Origin: an uncultured delta proteobacterium
Lineage (GTDB): Bacteria > Myxococcota_A > Polyangia > Polyangiales > Polyangiaceae
Assembly: GCA_963850305.1 (NCBI GenBank)
Contig: CAWKKR010000007.1
Location: forward strand, 1-64,000
Length of the DNA: 64,000 nucleotides
Direction: 5' to 3'
Part shown: in pieces, positions 11,246 through 22,600 of the stretch
Layout of the letters: the number at the start of each line of letters is the position of its first letter
How positions within the stretch are numbered: position 1 is the first letter of the stretch
Notes under the pieces: generated by a model
The model's database searches: none
The model's input: the letters and a program-made list of their open reading frames with translations, nothing else
What the model was told of the DNA's origin: nothing
Position numbers and translations under genes: made by a program

Positions 11246-13181
11246 ATGGCGAAGACGAGCTTCAAGACGAACCCCATCTCACTCAAGTCGCTCCTGCAGT
11301 CGTGCGAACAAGGAAAGCTACAACTCCCCGACTTCCAGCGGAGCTGGGTCTGGGAGGAGGACCGGATCAAGAGCCTGATCGCGTCCGTCTCTCGCGGCTT
11401 CCCGATGGGCGCGCTGATGGCGCTCGATTCCAGGGCCGACGGTGCGACCGTCTTTGCTCGTCGCCCCATCGAAGGCGCGCCAACTATCGCCGCGAGCGTC
11501 ACGCCGGAGCAACTCCTGCTCGACGGCCAGCAGCGCATGACCTCGCTGTACCAGAGCTGCATGCGGCAGAAAGTCGTCACGACCATCACAGCCCAGAAGC
11601 GGGTCGTGAAGCGCTGGTTCTACATCGACATCCAGAAGGCGCTCGCCGCCGACTCCGACCGTGAACAGGCGATCTTCGGCGTGCCGGAGGACCGACGGCT
11701 CAAGGCGAACTTCGACAAGGACATCTTGCTGGACCTGTCGAGCGACAAGCTGGAGTTCGAGAAGCTGATGTACCCGTTGAACAGATCGTTCGACTGGGAC
11801 GAATGGCAGGACGGGTTCGGCGACTACTGGATCAAGCAAGGGCGACGACGCCAAGCGGCAGCTGTTCAAACATTTCAAGAACGAGGTGCTGAAGAACTTC
11901 GACGACTACCAGGTGCCGGTCATCGCCCTCGGTGGCGATACATCTCACGAAGCGGTTTGCCTCGTGTTCGAGAAGGTGAACACCGGTGGGAAGGCGCTCG
12001 ACGCGTTCGAACTCCTCACGGCGATGTATGCCGCACAGGGCCACAAGCTCCGCGACGACTGGCTTGGGACCGAGGGCGTGGTCGGGTTGCAGGGGCGCCT
12101 CGTCAACGTTGGGCGAGCGGCTGAGCAGAAGGCTGGTGTGCTCGCCGGCGTGAGCAGCACCGACTTCCTGCAGGCAATCGCCCTCCTGCACACCAAGGAG
12201 TGCCGTCTGCTCGCGATGGCCGACCCGACCAAGAAGGAGGGAGATTGGCCGGCGGTGCGGGCGACCCGGCAGTCACTTCTCGACCTGCCCCTCCACTCGT
12301 ACCTGAAGTACCGCAAGGCCGTCGAAGCTGGGTTTAACAAGGCCGGGAAGTTCCTTCGGCAGCAGAACATCTTCCGGGTGCTCGACTTGCCGTATCAAAG
12401 CCAGCTCGTCCCGCTTGCCGCGATCTTCGCAGAGCTCGGAGATCGTTCGGAGCATGCGACCAACATGGAGAAGATCGCTCGCTGGTACTGGTGCGGCATC
12501 TTCGGCGAGCTGTATGGGTCGGCGGCAGAAAGCCGATTCGCTCGAGATATCCTCGAAGTCCCAGCGTGGCTCGATGGTGGCCCCGAACCGATCACGGTTC
12601 GGGACGGATCACTTCGCCCCGACCGTCTTCTCACCATGCGCACTCGGCTATCCGCCGCATACAAGGGTCTTCACGCGCTGCTGATGCGCGAGGGAGCGAA
12701 GGACTTCAGGAGCGGGCAGGACTTCAACGACACGATCTTCTTCGACGAGGGCGTCGACATTCACCACATCTTCCCGCAGGACTGGTGCAAGAAGCAGGGC
12801 ATCCCCGTCAACGTCTACGACGCCGTCGTCAACAAGACGCCCCTGAGCTACCGCACGAATCGAATCATCGGAGGAGTGGCGCCTTCGAAGTACCTGCAGA
12901 AGCTCGAGCAGGGCTCGGCGAAGTCCGGCGGCCTGTCCGTCGATCCGCCGATCGAGGGGGGCACCCTGGACAACTACCTGCGTTCGCACTGCATCTCGGT
13001 GGACGCGATTCGCGCCGACGACTTCAAGGCGTTCATGGCGGCGAGGCAAGCGTCTCTACTCGACCTGGTTTCTCGGGTAACGGGCCACAAGCTGAACGTC
13101 GGCGTTCCTGCTGCCGAGGAGGGCGAGGAGCTATCGGGCGCATTGGCTCACGACACGGGGCTCGACGAGGCTGCCGAGTAG
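11246..13181 (+). CDS. GmrSD-type (DUF262 plus HNH) type IV restriction endonuclease; one frameshift near 11840
   Basis: QLPDFQRSWVW, LLDGQQRMTS, VFEKVNTGG, DIHHIFP, NKTPL...TNR. Confidence 0.9.
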
Positions 13182-13222
13182 GAACGCTTCGGGACGTGGA
13201 TCAGGGTGAGGAGGTACGGGAC

Positions 13223-14254
13223 ATGAGCAAACAGCCGCGGAAGCCGACCGGGACTCCCCCCAACACGAAAGTCGATCCCGAGGAAAGCCGGGGCCGGGAG
13301 CGAGATCTGGACTCGCTCATCGCCGTGGATCTGGCGAGTGGCTCGCCCGCGGCGGCGATCATCTGGAAGGCAGTTGAGCAGAGCGTTGCCGCCCCCGCCA
13401 ACGTCCGGTTTCAAACCAAGCGTCGTGATCACCGGACCACCGACGTCGAGGCAGCCGCGGGTGATCTCACCCTGCTAATCGAGAACAAGGTGGCCGGTGG
13501 GCAGTACGAGCCGGGTCAAGCCGAGAGCTACGCGGAGGAGCGACGCGCGGGCAGCGTCCTGACGCTCACGATCGGTCCGCGGTCGTTCGAGTCATACTTC
13601 CACCAGAAACGAGGCTGCTTCGACGCCTTCGTCACCATCGAGGACCTTGCGGCGAGCCTGTGCAGCGCGGCGGAGCGGGCTGATTCGAATCCGGAGCTGC
13701 GCGCGGGGTACCTGCACCGGGCCGGTCGGTACCAAACGCTCGCCACATCCATCACCGCACCCCCCAAGGAGGACGTGGTCGCGTTCGGGAAGCTGTACCG
13801 TCAGGTCGCCGAGCAGCGCACGCTGGGGCGCGTTCGGCTGAGCGAGGGCTCGTTCCAGCGGGGCCCACGCGCCACGTTCGCGTTCGACGCGCCGGTTCCA
13901 CGGCCCTTGCGGGCGATGCACAAGGTTCGGCACCGCGTCGTAGACATCCTATTCAGAGGATGGACGCTGCAGCAGCTGGAGGACTTTTGGTCCACCATGG
14001 ATGAGGCCGAGCGACCTCGCGGGTGGGTTCCCGCCGCTCAGAAGGTGGGGCGAGACGCCCAGGACACCGGAGAGCCGATCCCGGTTCTTCGCTACGCCGT
14101 GGACGGGGTGCCCGAATCACCTCCGACGGGTTTGCTGCCGGGCGCGCCGCCATCGGGAGATCAGGTCCTCCAAACCCGTCCTGGCCGTCCCCCGCCGGTC
14201 CCCGCCGTCTCCGCGCCGGGCTTGAGCCGTCAACGCCGGGGATTTCCCGTATAA
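13223..14254 (+). CDS. PD-(D/E)XK nuclease family protein, C-terminus probably truncated
   Basis: TDVE...LLIENKV...QAESY motif; GAGGAGG RBS. The last ~50 codons are low-complexity and Pro-rich. Confidence 0.75.
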   Translation: MSKQPRKPTGTPPNTKVDPEESRGRERDLDSLIAVDLASGSPAAAIIWKAVEQSVAAPANVRFQTKRRDHRTTDVEAAAGDLTLLIENKVAGGQYEPGQAESYAEERRAGSVLTLTIGPRSFESYFHQKRGCFDAFVTIEDLAASLCSAAERADSNPELRAGYLHRAGRYQTLATSITAPPKEDVVAFGKLYRQVAEQRTLGRVRLSEGSFQRGPRATFAFDAPVPRPLRAMHKVRHRVVDILFRGWTLQQLEDFWSTMDEAERPRGWVPAAQKVGRDAQDTGEPIPVLRYAVDGVPESPPTGLLPGAPPSGDQVLQTRPGRPPPVPAVSAPGLSRQRRGFPV

Positions 14255-14340
14255 TGTGACCAATTCCAACGGCCCTGGACGCTCCTCCGCGCCGGGGTCG
14301 CTCGGGTGAGCTCCTGCTGGCTGGCCGGTGACTCGCTGCG

Positions 14341-16074
14341 TCACCAGTCGTCGGGCGAGGGCGGGTCGAAGTCGTCGGTGGGGGACCGGGCGCGGGCGAC
14401 CATGGGAGCGGCGAGATCGAGGCCGAGCTCCCTGAGAAGGTGGCGAGCGCGGTCGGCCTCCGTCACGAGCTCCACGAACTTCAGGCGGCCGCCACACGGA
14501 CACGCCAGAGCATCGACGTCGTGAACGCGTTTTAGGAGCGTCGCCCAGTCGATCCTCCAGGCTCCCGACGTGTAACGCGCCTTCCCGGGCTCGAACGGCG
14601 CGCGCTTCGGCACCGCGAAGAGGCGCGCCGGGTCGAGCACCGCTTCCGTGGCGCCGAGCGGCACAGGGAGACGGAGCGCGTCGACCCCGTGAGCTCCCTC
14701 AGCCGTCATGGCGCTCGGTGTTTCGACCACCGGGATGGACGGTGCCTCGGTCACGGCAGACCCGACACTCCCGACCACCTCGGTGGTCGCTGGGCACGCC
14801 GAACCGTTCGCCGCATCGGCGACCGCAGGCTCCGGCACCACGCTCTTCCTCCACGACGAGTGCGGACCGAGGACGCCATGGAATCGTAGTAGCGGATGGC
14901 GCGGCGGGGGAATCAACGCCGAAAGCCTCGCGAGCAGCTCCACCGGCTCCATCACTCGGTGCGTCTCGCCGCGACGCCAGGGTCGTTGCAGCTGGTACGC
15001 GACGCGTCCGTCCCGCGTCATCGAGAGCCGCTCGAGGCTCAGCGGGGCTCGCGTGCAGTATCGGAGCAGCTTCTCTCGGCCCGCTCGGTCGTGCGCTTCT
15101 ATGCGGACACCTGCGTGCAAGTTGAAGCCGAGCGACTCGGTTCCGTACTTTCCCTTGGATTTGCGGGGCGCGGTAGCGTCACCGTCGCCGCCGGGTTGCA
15201 CGAGCTCGGCGAGCCCCCGGGCATCGAGCCGGACGAGCCCGGTCTGACTCAGCGACGTGCTCACGCAGGCGTCTATCGCGCTCGGGTCCGTCGGCTCCGT
15301 CCGCTCGTGGTTGTACTCGGCGAGCAGTCCCTTTCGACGAAGCCACGCGACGAGCCGCTTGTAGACGCGCTCGATCACGTCCCCGAGCGCGAACGAGTCG
15401 GGCGCAGGAACGGCGTGGAACACGGCGCGGTCGTCCTCGTCGTCGCGCGTGAACACCCCGTCGATGACGGCGGCGTGGACATGGCAGTTCAAGTTCAACG
15501 CGCCACCGAAACGGTGCTGCACCGAGACTGCGCCGCCCTGACCATCCGAGATGCCAATCTCGACCGCCCTCCGCCGGTACCACGCGAGCGTCTCCTCCAT
15601 GAAGATGCGGGTCAGCGCTGTGAACGCCTGCGCGTTCGACGCCAGCAAAAATCTCAGTTCGAACGGAACGCTCAGCACCCACTGGCGGACGGGAGCGTTC
15701 GGGAGAACTCGATCCGTCAGGTGTGCCGCGGCGTTGCACATTCGTCGCGCGTTGCAGGATGGACACAGCCCCCTCATCTTGCACGAAAAGGCTACGACGA
15801 TCTGGCGGTGACAGTCACGGCACTCGGCGCGTCCGAATCCATGCGCCAGGATCCCGCAGCGCAAATACGCACGCAGCTCCCGCTCGACGTAAGGGGGAAG
15901 AGGCCGGTCGTGTTTCTCGCGGGATTCAGCGAGGAACGTCTCGAGGTGCTCGGCAACGACCCGGTAGAGCAATGTTTCTTCGGGTCGGTGGCGCGCGTAG
16001 CCACGTTGCCGGCGGTCGACGGAAGACCCGGCGAGGTCGGGCACGACCGGTCTCGACAGCGAGGACCGGGCCAT
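14341..16074 (-). mobile_element. IS91/ISCR-family rolling-circle (HUH) transposase
   Basis: Zinc-binding region RCG...CRDC...SCKMRGLCPSC, then RQWVLSVP, the HUH motif HVH, LHAGV, LLRYCTRAP and a C-terminal CPCGG. Confidence 0.92.
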
Positions 16075-16555
16075 GAGCCAAGGCCCGCAATTCTCCGACG
16101 TCTCCGGTGCGGTGACGGTGGCGAACGTCGGGGTCGCGATGGCGAGCCGCCACGACGACCTCGGAGAAGGCCGTGTGCGAGACGGGGAACGGCGGCGGCG
16201 AACTGAACGAGGGAGGGATCGCGCTCGGCGAGATCGTGGTCGACGGAGAGACCTTCCCGCCCGCGATGCTCGTCTCGTGCCGCCCGTCGCGCTCGACGAC
16301 GGGACGTCCGCGCCGTCACCTCGTGACAACCGACCACGAGGATGGACGCGGTGCGTTGAAGACCTAACGTCTCGGAATTGCTCCATCGCGCGCCAAACGT
16401 TGCCGGTGACGCCGTTCGCGCGGCTGCATGCGATGCAGCTCGTCCACGCAGTCGTTCACCGTCGCAGTGCCAGGCGCGTTCTCGCGGTTGCGGCGGGGGC
16501 GAGCAAGTAGCCGGCGAGCCTTTCCATCGGGGCTGAGTGGACGTACCATTCGACC

Positions 16556-17380
16556 ATGCTCGACATTCCGCCGCCGACCGTCGCTCGCGCCATCGGGATC
16601 CTTCGCTCCGGAGCCATGCGAGCTGATGCGTTCGCGAGGGCCATGTGGCCCGAGCGCTCGGCGGACCGCACGCCGGGGCAGCAGTCTCGATCCGGTCATG
16701 CGTTGCTACGGCAGCTCGCGCAGGTCGGCTACGTGCAGCAGGTCGGCGACCTCTGGGTGCTACGCACGCTCGGGACTGCGGTTGGACTGGGAGATTCCCC
16801 AGTCCCGACTGCGGTCCTGACTGCGGTCGGACTGGGAGTGGGACTGCCAGTCCGACCCCCAGTGGGACTGGGAGTCGCACCGGCAGACGGACTGCCGGAC
16901 GGCCTCCCGGAACGACTGCCGAACGAGCCCCCGAGGACAGACGGAGAGCGACGGGCTGACCTCGAAAGGCTGCACAGGTTGGTCGCGCTGGCGGACACTC
17001 CCGTGGACACGGTCAGCCACGACCAGGCGCTCGGTGACGTTGCGATCCGTGGCGAACCCCTCGACGACTGCCTCGCCGAGGCAGCTGCGCACGTCGTGCT
17101 CGCCGGCCGCGCGATGAACGTCTACTTGCCCGGCGCAGGTGCACCGATGATCGTCAGCCTGCGACCGACCGAGGGCGCGCGGGCGCTGCACGTGTGGTGG
17201 CAGCAATCCGGGGTTCCGCCGACGCTGCCTCACGGAGAGGGTTGGTTCTTCTCGAATGACGGCATGATCGCGAATCCAGCCTGCTGGCTGCTAGAATACC
17301 GCCAGCTCGGGATCGTGTTCGGGCTCGAATCGCTCGACGATCAGCTCCACCGGCAGCGCGCTGAGGTGGGGCTCGCGTAG
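16556..17380 (+). CDS. Hypothetical protein with an N-terminal winged-helix-like domain and a repeat-encoded linker
   Basis: FARAMWP...GHALLRQLAQVGYVQQVGDLWVL resembles a wHTH; followed by a GLxV-type repeat linker. Confidence 0.6.
   Translation: MLDIPPPTVARAIGILRSGAMRADAFARAMWPERSADRTPGQQSRSGHALLRQLAQVGYVQQVGDLWVLRTLGTAVGLGDSPVPTAVLTAVGLGVGLPVRPPVGLGVAPADGLPDGLPERLPNEPPRTDGERRADLERLHRLVALADTPVDTVSHDQALGDVAIRGEPLDDCLAEAAAHVVLAGRAMNVYLPGAGAPMIVSLRPTEGARALHVWWQQSGVPPTLPHGEGWFFSNDGMIANPACWLLEYRQLGIVFGLESLDDQLHRQRAEVGLA
16773..16924. repeat. About 13 degenerate 11-12 bp tandem units, consensus GGACTGNNAGTC
   Basis: Unit starts at 16773, 16784, 16806 and 16818, then a strict 12-bp period from 16829 to 16913. 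Confidence 0.8.
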
Positions 17381-17524
17381 TTGCCACGGCCCAATGCTGC
17401 GCCCCGCAGGCGGGGCCGAGGCGCTCTCTACGACGCGTCGTGGGTCGTTGCGATGACCGAAGGGGAAGCGGCGCGCGAACACCTCGCGGCGTACCGCCGT
17501 CGGAAACCTGGGTGGGCCGATTGA

Positions 17525-18301
17525 CTACGCTGTGGAATCGGTTTGATGGTTTCGGCCCGTGTCTACAGGACCCCTTGTAGTTACGGCGCGGTCGCCGGTG
17601 TTTTGGCGAACTTTTGTTCCACTCGGACTTTTGTTCCGCTTCGCGGCCTCGAGCTGGCGACGGACGTGGGAATGACTGACGGTGGCCCTTCGCCGCTTGT
17701 CAGGGTCGGCGATCCGGAATGCCCCTCGGGCCTCGGAGACCGCTAGTGCGCAGCGTCGCCATCCCTGGCCCTTGGCTCTAAGGCTCTCGACGAAAGCGAG
17801 TTCGGCGGCCGTGAGAGCCTTCGGCGGTCGACCGAATCGCGCACCCTCGGCCTTCTTGCGCGCCATTCCGGATCGCACCTTGGACGCATGCGCTTTGACC
17901 CACGCACGGGCGCCCTCGGCGTGGATTGTGTCGGTCACGGCGCCGACCATCGAACCGTGCTGCTCGACGGACTTGTCGCAGCGTAGCAGCGCCAACCCGT
18001 ATCGCCGTTCGAGTTCGACTTCGGCCCAGCTATCGAGCTTGGAGCCTTGCCGCGAGAAACGATCGCTGCACTCGACCACGATTGCGCTTGCGCCAGCGGT
18101 ACGCGCCCGCTCGCACGCTGTGAGGAATTTCGGCCGCTCGAAGGGATCTGTCTTGCTCGCGCTCGTGCCCTCGTCGATGACCGCATCGAGTAGCGTCACG
18201 CCTTCACGCTTCGCCCACGGACGGATGATCTCAAGCTGACGCTCGGGGTCCTGGCCCTTGTCGTCTGTCGAGACGCGCAAGTAGGAGATAGCTACGATCA
18301 T
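17525..18301 (-). CDS. Serine recombinase (resolvase/invertase family)
   Basis: YLRVSTDDKGQ (catalytic Ser), DEGTSA, DRFSR, RSGMARKKAEGARFGRPP, then an HTH. Confidence 0.92.
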   Translation of the reverse strand: MIVAISYLRVSTDDKGQDPERQLEIIRPWAKREGVTLLDAVIDEGTSASKTDPFERPKFLTACERARTAGASAIVVECSDRFSRQGSKLDSWAEVELERRYGLALLRCDKSVEQHGSMVGAVTDTIHAEGARAWVKAHASKVRSGMARKKAEGARFGRPPKALTAAELAFVESLRAKGQGWRRCALAVSEARGAFRIADPDKRRRATVSHSHVRRQLEAAKRNKSPSGTKVRQNTGDRAVTTRGPVDTGRNHQTDSTA

Positions 18302-18484
18302 TCCGCGCCCTCCGGCTTGAAGATCAGGTCGATCGCGCATCGCTTCGGAGTGCTCACCACTCGATCCTAGCCGACGTGTGGCAGCCAGAGGAGGTCGATC
18401 CCTCCGCCGCGGCCACGAGAGATCACGCGCGCGTAGACGCGGCCGGCAACGCAGCGCCTTGCATGCCGCCAATCCGTGCGTTAC

Positions 18485-18508
18485 ATACTGAACCATATGG
18501 TTCAGTAT
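18485..18508. promoter_or_regulatory. Perfect 24-bp palindrome, probable ArsR autoregulatory operator
   Basis: ATACTGAACCAT-ATGGTTCAGTAT overlaps the likely ArsR start codon at 18497. Confidence 0.8.
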
Positions 18509-18864
18509 TCAGAGCCCGCCTCGATGCCTCGTTCGCCGCGCTCTCGGACGCCACCCGACGCGGCGTTCTGGAGCAGCTCGGACGTGCAGACGCTTCAATC
18601 ACGGACCTTGCCGAGAAGTTCCACATGACCCTGACGGGCATGAAGAAGCACGTCGGCGTCTTGGAGCGGGCGGGGCTCGTGACCACGGAGAAGGTCGGGC
18701 GCGTGCGGACCTGCAGGCTCGGGCCGCGCCGGCTGGAGGAGGAGGCGGCCTGGATCGAGAGGTACCGCCAGCTCTGGGACGCACGCTTCGACGAGCTGGA
18801 CAAGGTTGTCGAGGAACTGACACGGAAGAAGGAGAAGGTTGATGGACGCAAAAAGAGAGAGTGA
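18497..18864 (+). CDS. ArsR/SmtB family transcriptional regulator; apparent frameshift just after the start
   Basis: FAALSDATRRGVL, KHVGVLERAGLV, GRVRTCRL. Confidence 0.9.
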
Positions 18865-19400
18865 GCCCACCCCCATGAAGAACCGCACGACGGTGGAACG
18901 GAAGTCCGAGCGTGAGCTGGTCGTCACGCGAACCTTCAACGGCCCGGCGCGCATCGTGTTCGAGGCGTGGACCAAGCCCGAGCTGCTTCAAGCGGTGGTG
19001 GGCACCGAAGTCGACTGGGCATGTCCCTGCTTTCCTGCGAAGCGGACGTTCGCGTCGGGGGCAAGTACCGTTTCGTGTTCGGTCTTCGGAGGATGCCTCA
19101 AAGCCCATGGAGTTCTTCGGTAGGTACATCGAAGTGACGCCGTACTCGCGCCTCGTCTGGACCAACGACGAAGGTGATGACGGCGGGGCCGTCACCACGG
19201 TGACCTTCGAGGAAAAAGGCGGCAAGACGCTGCTGGTCATGCACGACCTCTATCCCTCGAAGGAAGCTCTCGACGCGTGCCCTCGCCTCCGGGATGGACG
19301 GGCGGGATGCGCGAGACGTTCGAGCAACTGGACGAGCTTCTCGTCACCCTGGGCGCGAGCGTGGGCGGCCCATGGGAAGCGAGTCCGACGAGTTCAGTGA
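18842..19400 (+). CDS. SRPBCC/AHSA1-like protein, frameshifted, 3' end approximate
   Basis: ERELVVTRTFNGPARIVFEAWTKPEL, GRYIEVTPYSRLVWT, TVTFEEKGGKT; typical ArsR partner gene. Confidence 0.88.
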
Positions 19401-19646
19401 CCAGCAGGGAGGACTGACGTGACGCCTCTCGCGGCACTGGCGCCCGAGACGAGGGCATGGCCACGGGGCCCAGACGGATGAGGACAGGTCGGCGACTCGG
19501 CAACGAGCGTGTCGTTCTTCAGGTTCCGGATAACGCTAGGATTAGGCCCGAGTAGTCGAATTGACTATTGCGCTAAGCCTCGACCGCGCCGACCCTCCGG
19601 CCGGAGCGCGCCGCTTTTGCGCGTCAGGACGAGAAGCGGAAGAGCC

Positions 19647-22600
19647 ATGGGTCGAATTCAGGTGTGTGGGCCGGTACGAGCGGCATGTCGGTGGTCCATG
19701 GTCGCGAGCGTCGCGCTCGGTGTCGCGGCGTGTGGTCCACAGGACCTCGCCGCGCTGCGAGAACACGGTGAAACGAGCGACGCGGCGACAGCGACGGCAA
19801 CGACCCAGCCGCAGACAAAGTCGGACCAACAAGCCTCCGTCAGGGCTGCGTACCTGTCCGCGCAGATGACGAAGGCGATGAGCGACGTCCGCTACGCTGT
19901 CACGCCGGGAACCGACGCGCCGCTCGTCGCGCGGAGTGTGAGTCGCGGCATCGAAGGGCACTTCGACGAACGTGGCGTGGCGCTGTCGTCAGGGCACCCG
20001 GGCCTGCGATACGAAGATGGTGCGCCGGACGCGAAGCTCGAGACTGTGACGAGGCGCGACGGTGTCGAGTGGTCTTTCAATCATCGGGGCGCGACGGTGT
20101 CGGCAAGATCGGGCGCGTGGCAGGAGACGTTCCGTTTCGCGGGGTATGGGTGCTCGAACGACGTCGAACAAGTGAGTACCGAAGCCCCGTCCTTCTCGCG
20201 CGACGCGCCCAATCGAGTGAGCTACAAACACCGCACGGCAAGGGGCGCGGTAACGGAATGGTACTCCGTCGGCCGGGCTGGACTCGAGCAGGGGTTCACT
20301 CTCGCTCGGCAGCCTGCGTGCGCTGACGACGTGATCATCACCGTAGGCGTGGATGGGCTCGTGCCGCGAGAAGCGAGCGGCGGCCGCGTCGAGTTGCGGG
20401 ACGACACCGGCGTCGTGGAAATGCACTACGGCGAGCTGCACGCAGAGGACGCGGCCGGCGTCCGGTTGCCGTCGAGGGTTGCTGTCGTCGGGAATGCGAT
20501 CTCGCTGTACGTGGACGCCCGCGGCGCGCGTTTTCCCGTCGTCGTCGATCCACTGGCTTGGGTGCAGCAGGGGCCGGATTTGGTAGCGAGCGATGGCGCC
20601 GCCCAGGACTACTTCGGAGGCTCAGTTGCGCTGTCAGCAGACGCCAGCACCGCGCTGGTCGGAGCCAGCGGGAAAAGCAATTCGAAAGGTGCGGCCTACG
20701 TCTTCGTCCGAAGCGGCACGACCTGGGGTCAGCAGGGAGCCGATTTGAGCACGACCGTCAACAGTGAGGAGTTCGGATGGGCAGTCGCGCTCTCCGCCGA
20801 CGGCAATACTGCCGTGGTGGGGACGTTGGCGGGCATCGACATATTCACCCGGAATGGCACCAGTTGGTCCCAAGCCAGCACGGTCTCCGCCGCCCCCACC
20901 AGCAGCGAATCTCGGCTACTCCGTCGCCGTATCGGGAGACGGAGCTACGATCCTCGCCGGTGCCCCGGGCATATTTTCTGGTAGTTCGACAGAAGGCGGG
21001 GCGTATTTCTTCATTCGAAGCGGGTCGGCGTGGAACGCACCAGGTCCTGCACTGCGTGCGGCGAGCCCAGCGAACGGAGATACGTTCGGAGAATCCGTTG
21101 CCCTCTCCGCAGACGGCACGATGGCGCTCGTCACTTCATCGAAAGGCCAGGTGAACATTTTCACCGGAAGCGGGGTCACCTGGAGTCGGCAAGCCGTTCT
21201 CACATCGAGCGACGGATTAGTAGGCGGGGCCGGGAACTGGGCTTCGGTTTCGGCCGACGGGAGTACGTCGCTCATTGGCTCGCCTGCTGTGAATGCGTCC
21301 CAGGGCGCGGGTTACGTCTTTTCAAGGACGGGCTCGGCTTGGGCTCAACAAGGAACGAGTCTAGTAGCCGGAGATGGTGCCGCCGGCGATGTCCTGGGCT
21401 GTGCATCGTCGCTCTCGGGCGACGGCAATGTCGCGCTCATGGGCGCCGCGTTCAAAACCGTCGGCTCGAACGCTAAACAGGGGGGCGTATACTCGTTCGC
21501 CCGGAGCGGCTCTACGTGGTCCCCGCGTCAGGGCGCACTGACCGCGAGTGACGGCGCGGCAGGAGACGTTTTTGGGGGCTCCGCTGCCATCTCGGCGGAC
21601 GGCAACACAGCAATCGTAGGCGCGGACCAGAAGGCGGTCGGCGGCGACGTGAACCGGGGCGCGGCGTACGTATATCGCTGGGGGCTCCAGAACGGCGACG
21701 CTTGCACCCTCGGATCGCTTTGCGTGAGCGGCAACTGCTCCGACGGCGTCTGTTGCGATTCCGCGTGTTCGGGGTCGTGTGACGTGTGCGCAAAGTCGCG
21801 CGGGGCGACAGCGGACGGGACCTGCACGATCCTCCCCGCTGGTTCGATAGGAGCGCCCGTGTGTGCGCCCCAGGCTTGCACGGGGAAGAGCGCAGCTTGT
21901 CAAGGATGTACGGCCGATGGCCAATGCTCGTCGGCGGACTATTGCGCCGCGAACGGGTCTTGTCAGCCGCAGAAAGCCCAAGCTGCCGCGTGCGATGTGG
22001 CTTCTGGAAAGGACTGCTACGGTTCAGGCTGTCGTGTGTGTGCAACCGGCACATGCTCCGACGGCTTTTGCTGCGATACACCTTGTGGGGGCGCCTGCGA
22101 CGCCTGTTCCACGACCTTCGGCGCATCGGCGAACGGAACTTGCGCGACCGTCCCCGTGGGCCTGAACACCTTGCAGTGCGCGGCGCCCTACGCGTGCAAC
22201 GGGACGGACGTGTCTTGCGCCGCACCGCATTGTGGCACCGACCTGGACTGTCTGAGCGGCTACTACTGCGCGTTCAGCGGCGGCGTCGGAGCATGCCTTC
22301 CCCAGAAGGGGCTCGCCGCAGCGTGCAATCCGATACAAGGCGGCGACTGCATCGCCGCCAATTGCCGAGTCTGCGAATCCGGCTTCTGTGCGACGGGCGT
22401 CTGCTGCCAGACAGCCTGCGACCAACCCTGCGCCGCATGCAGCGCCGCTGGCGGCCAGTGCCTGGCCGCCAACAAAGGAAGTCCCGGCGCGCCCGCATGC
22501 ACGGGGTACGTCTGTGACGGCACGAACCTCGGATGCCCGACGACGTGTAACGTCGGGACCGATTGCGCGAGCGGCTACGCCTGCGTGAACGGAACGTGCG

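Noticed and set aside
16773..16924. Possible CRISPR array
   Set aside because: Units are 11-12 bp with no unique spacers, and no cas operon is present. I saw no CRISPR array anywhere in the window.
18302..18496. N-terminal extension of the serine recombinase starting MVQY
   Set aside because: The start is the mirror image created by the ArsR palindrome; the resolvase fold begins at 18301.
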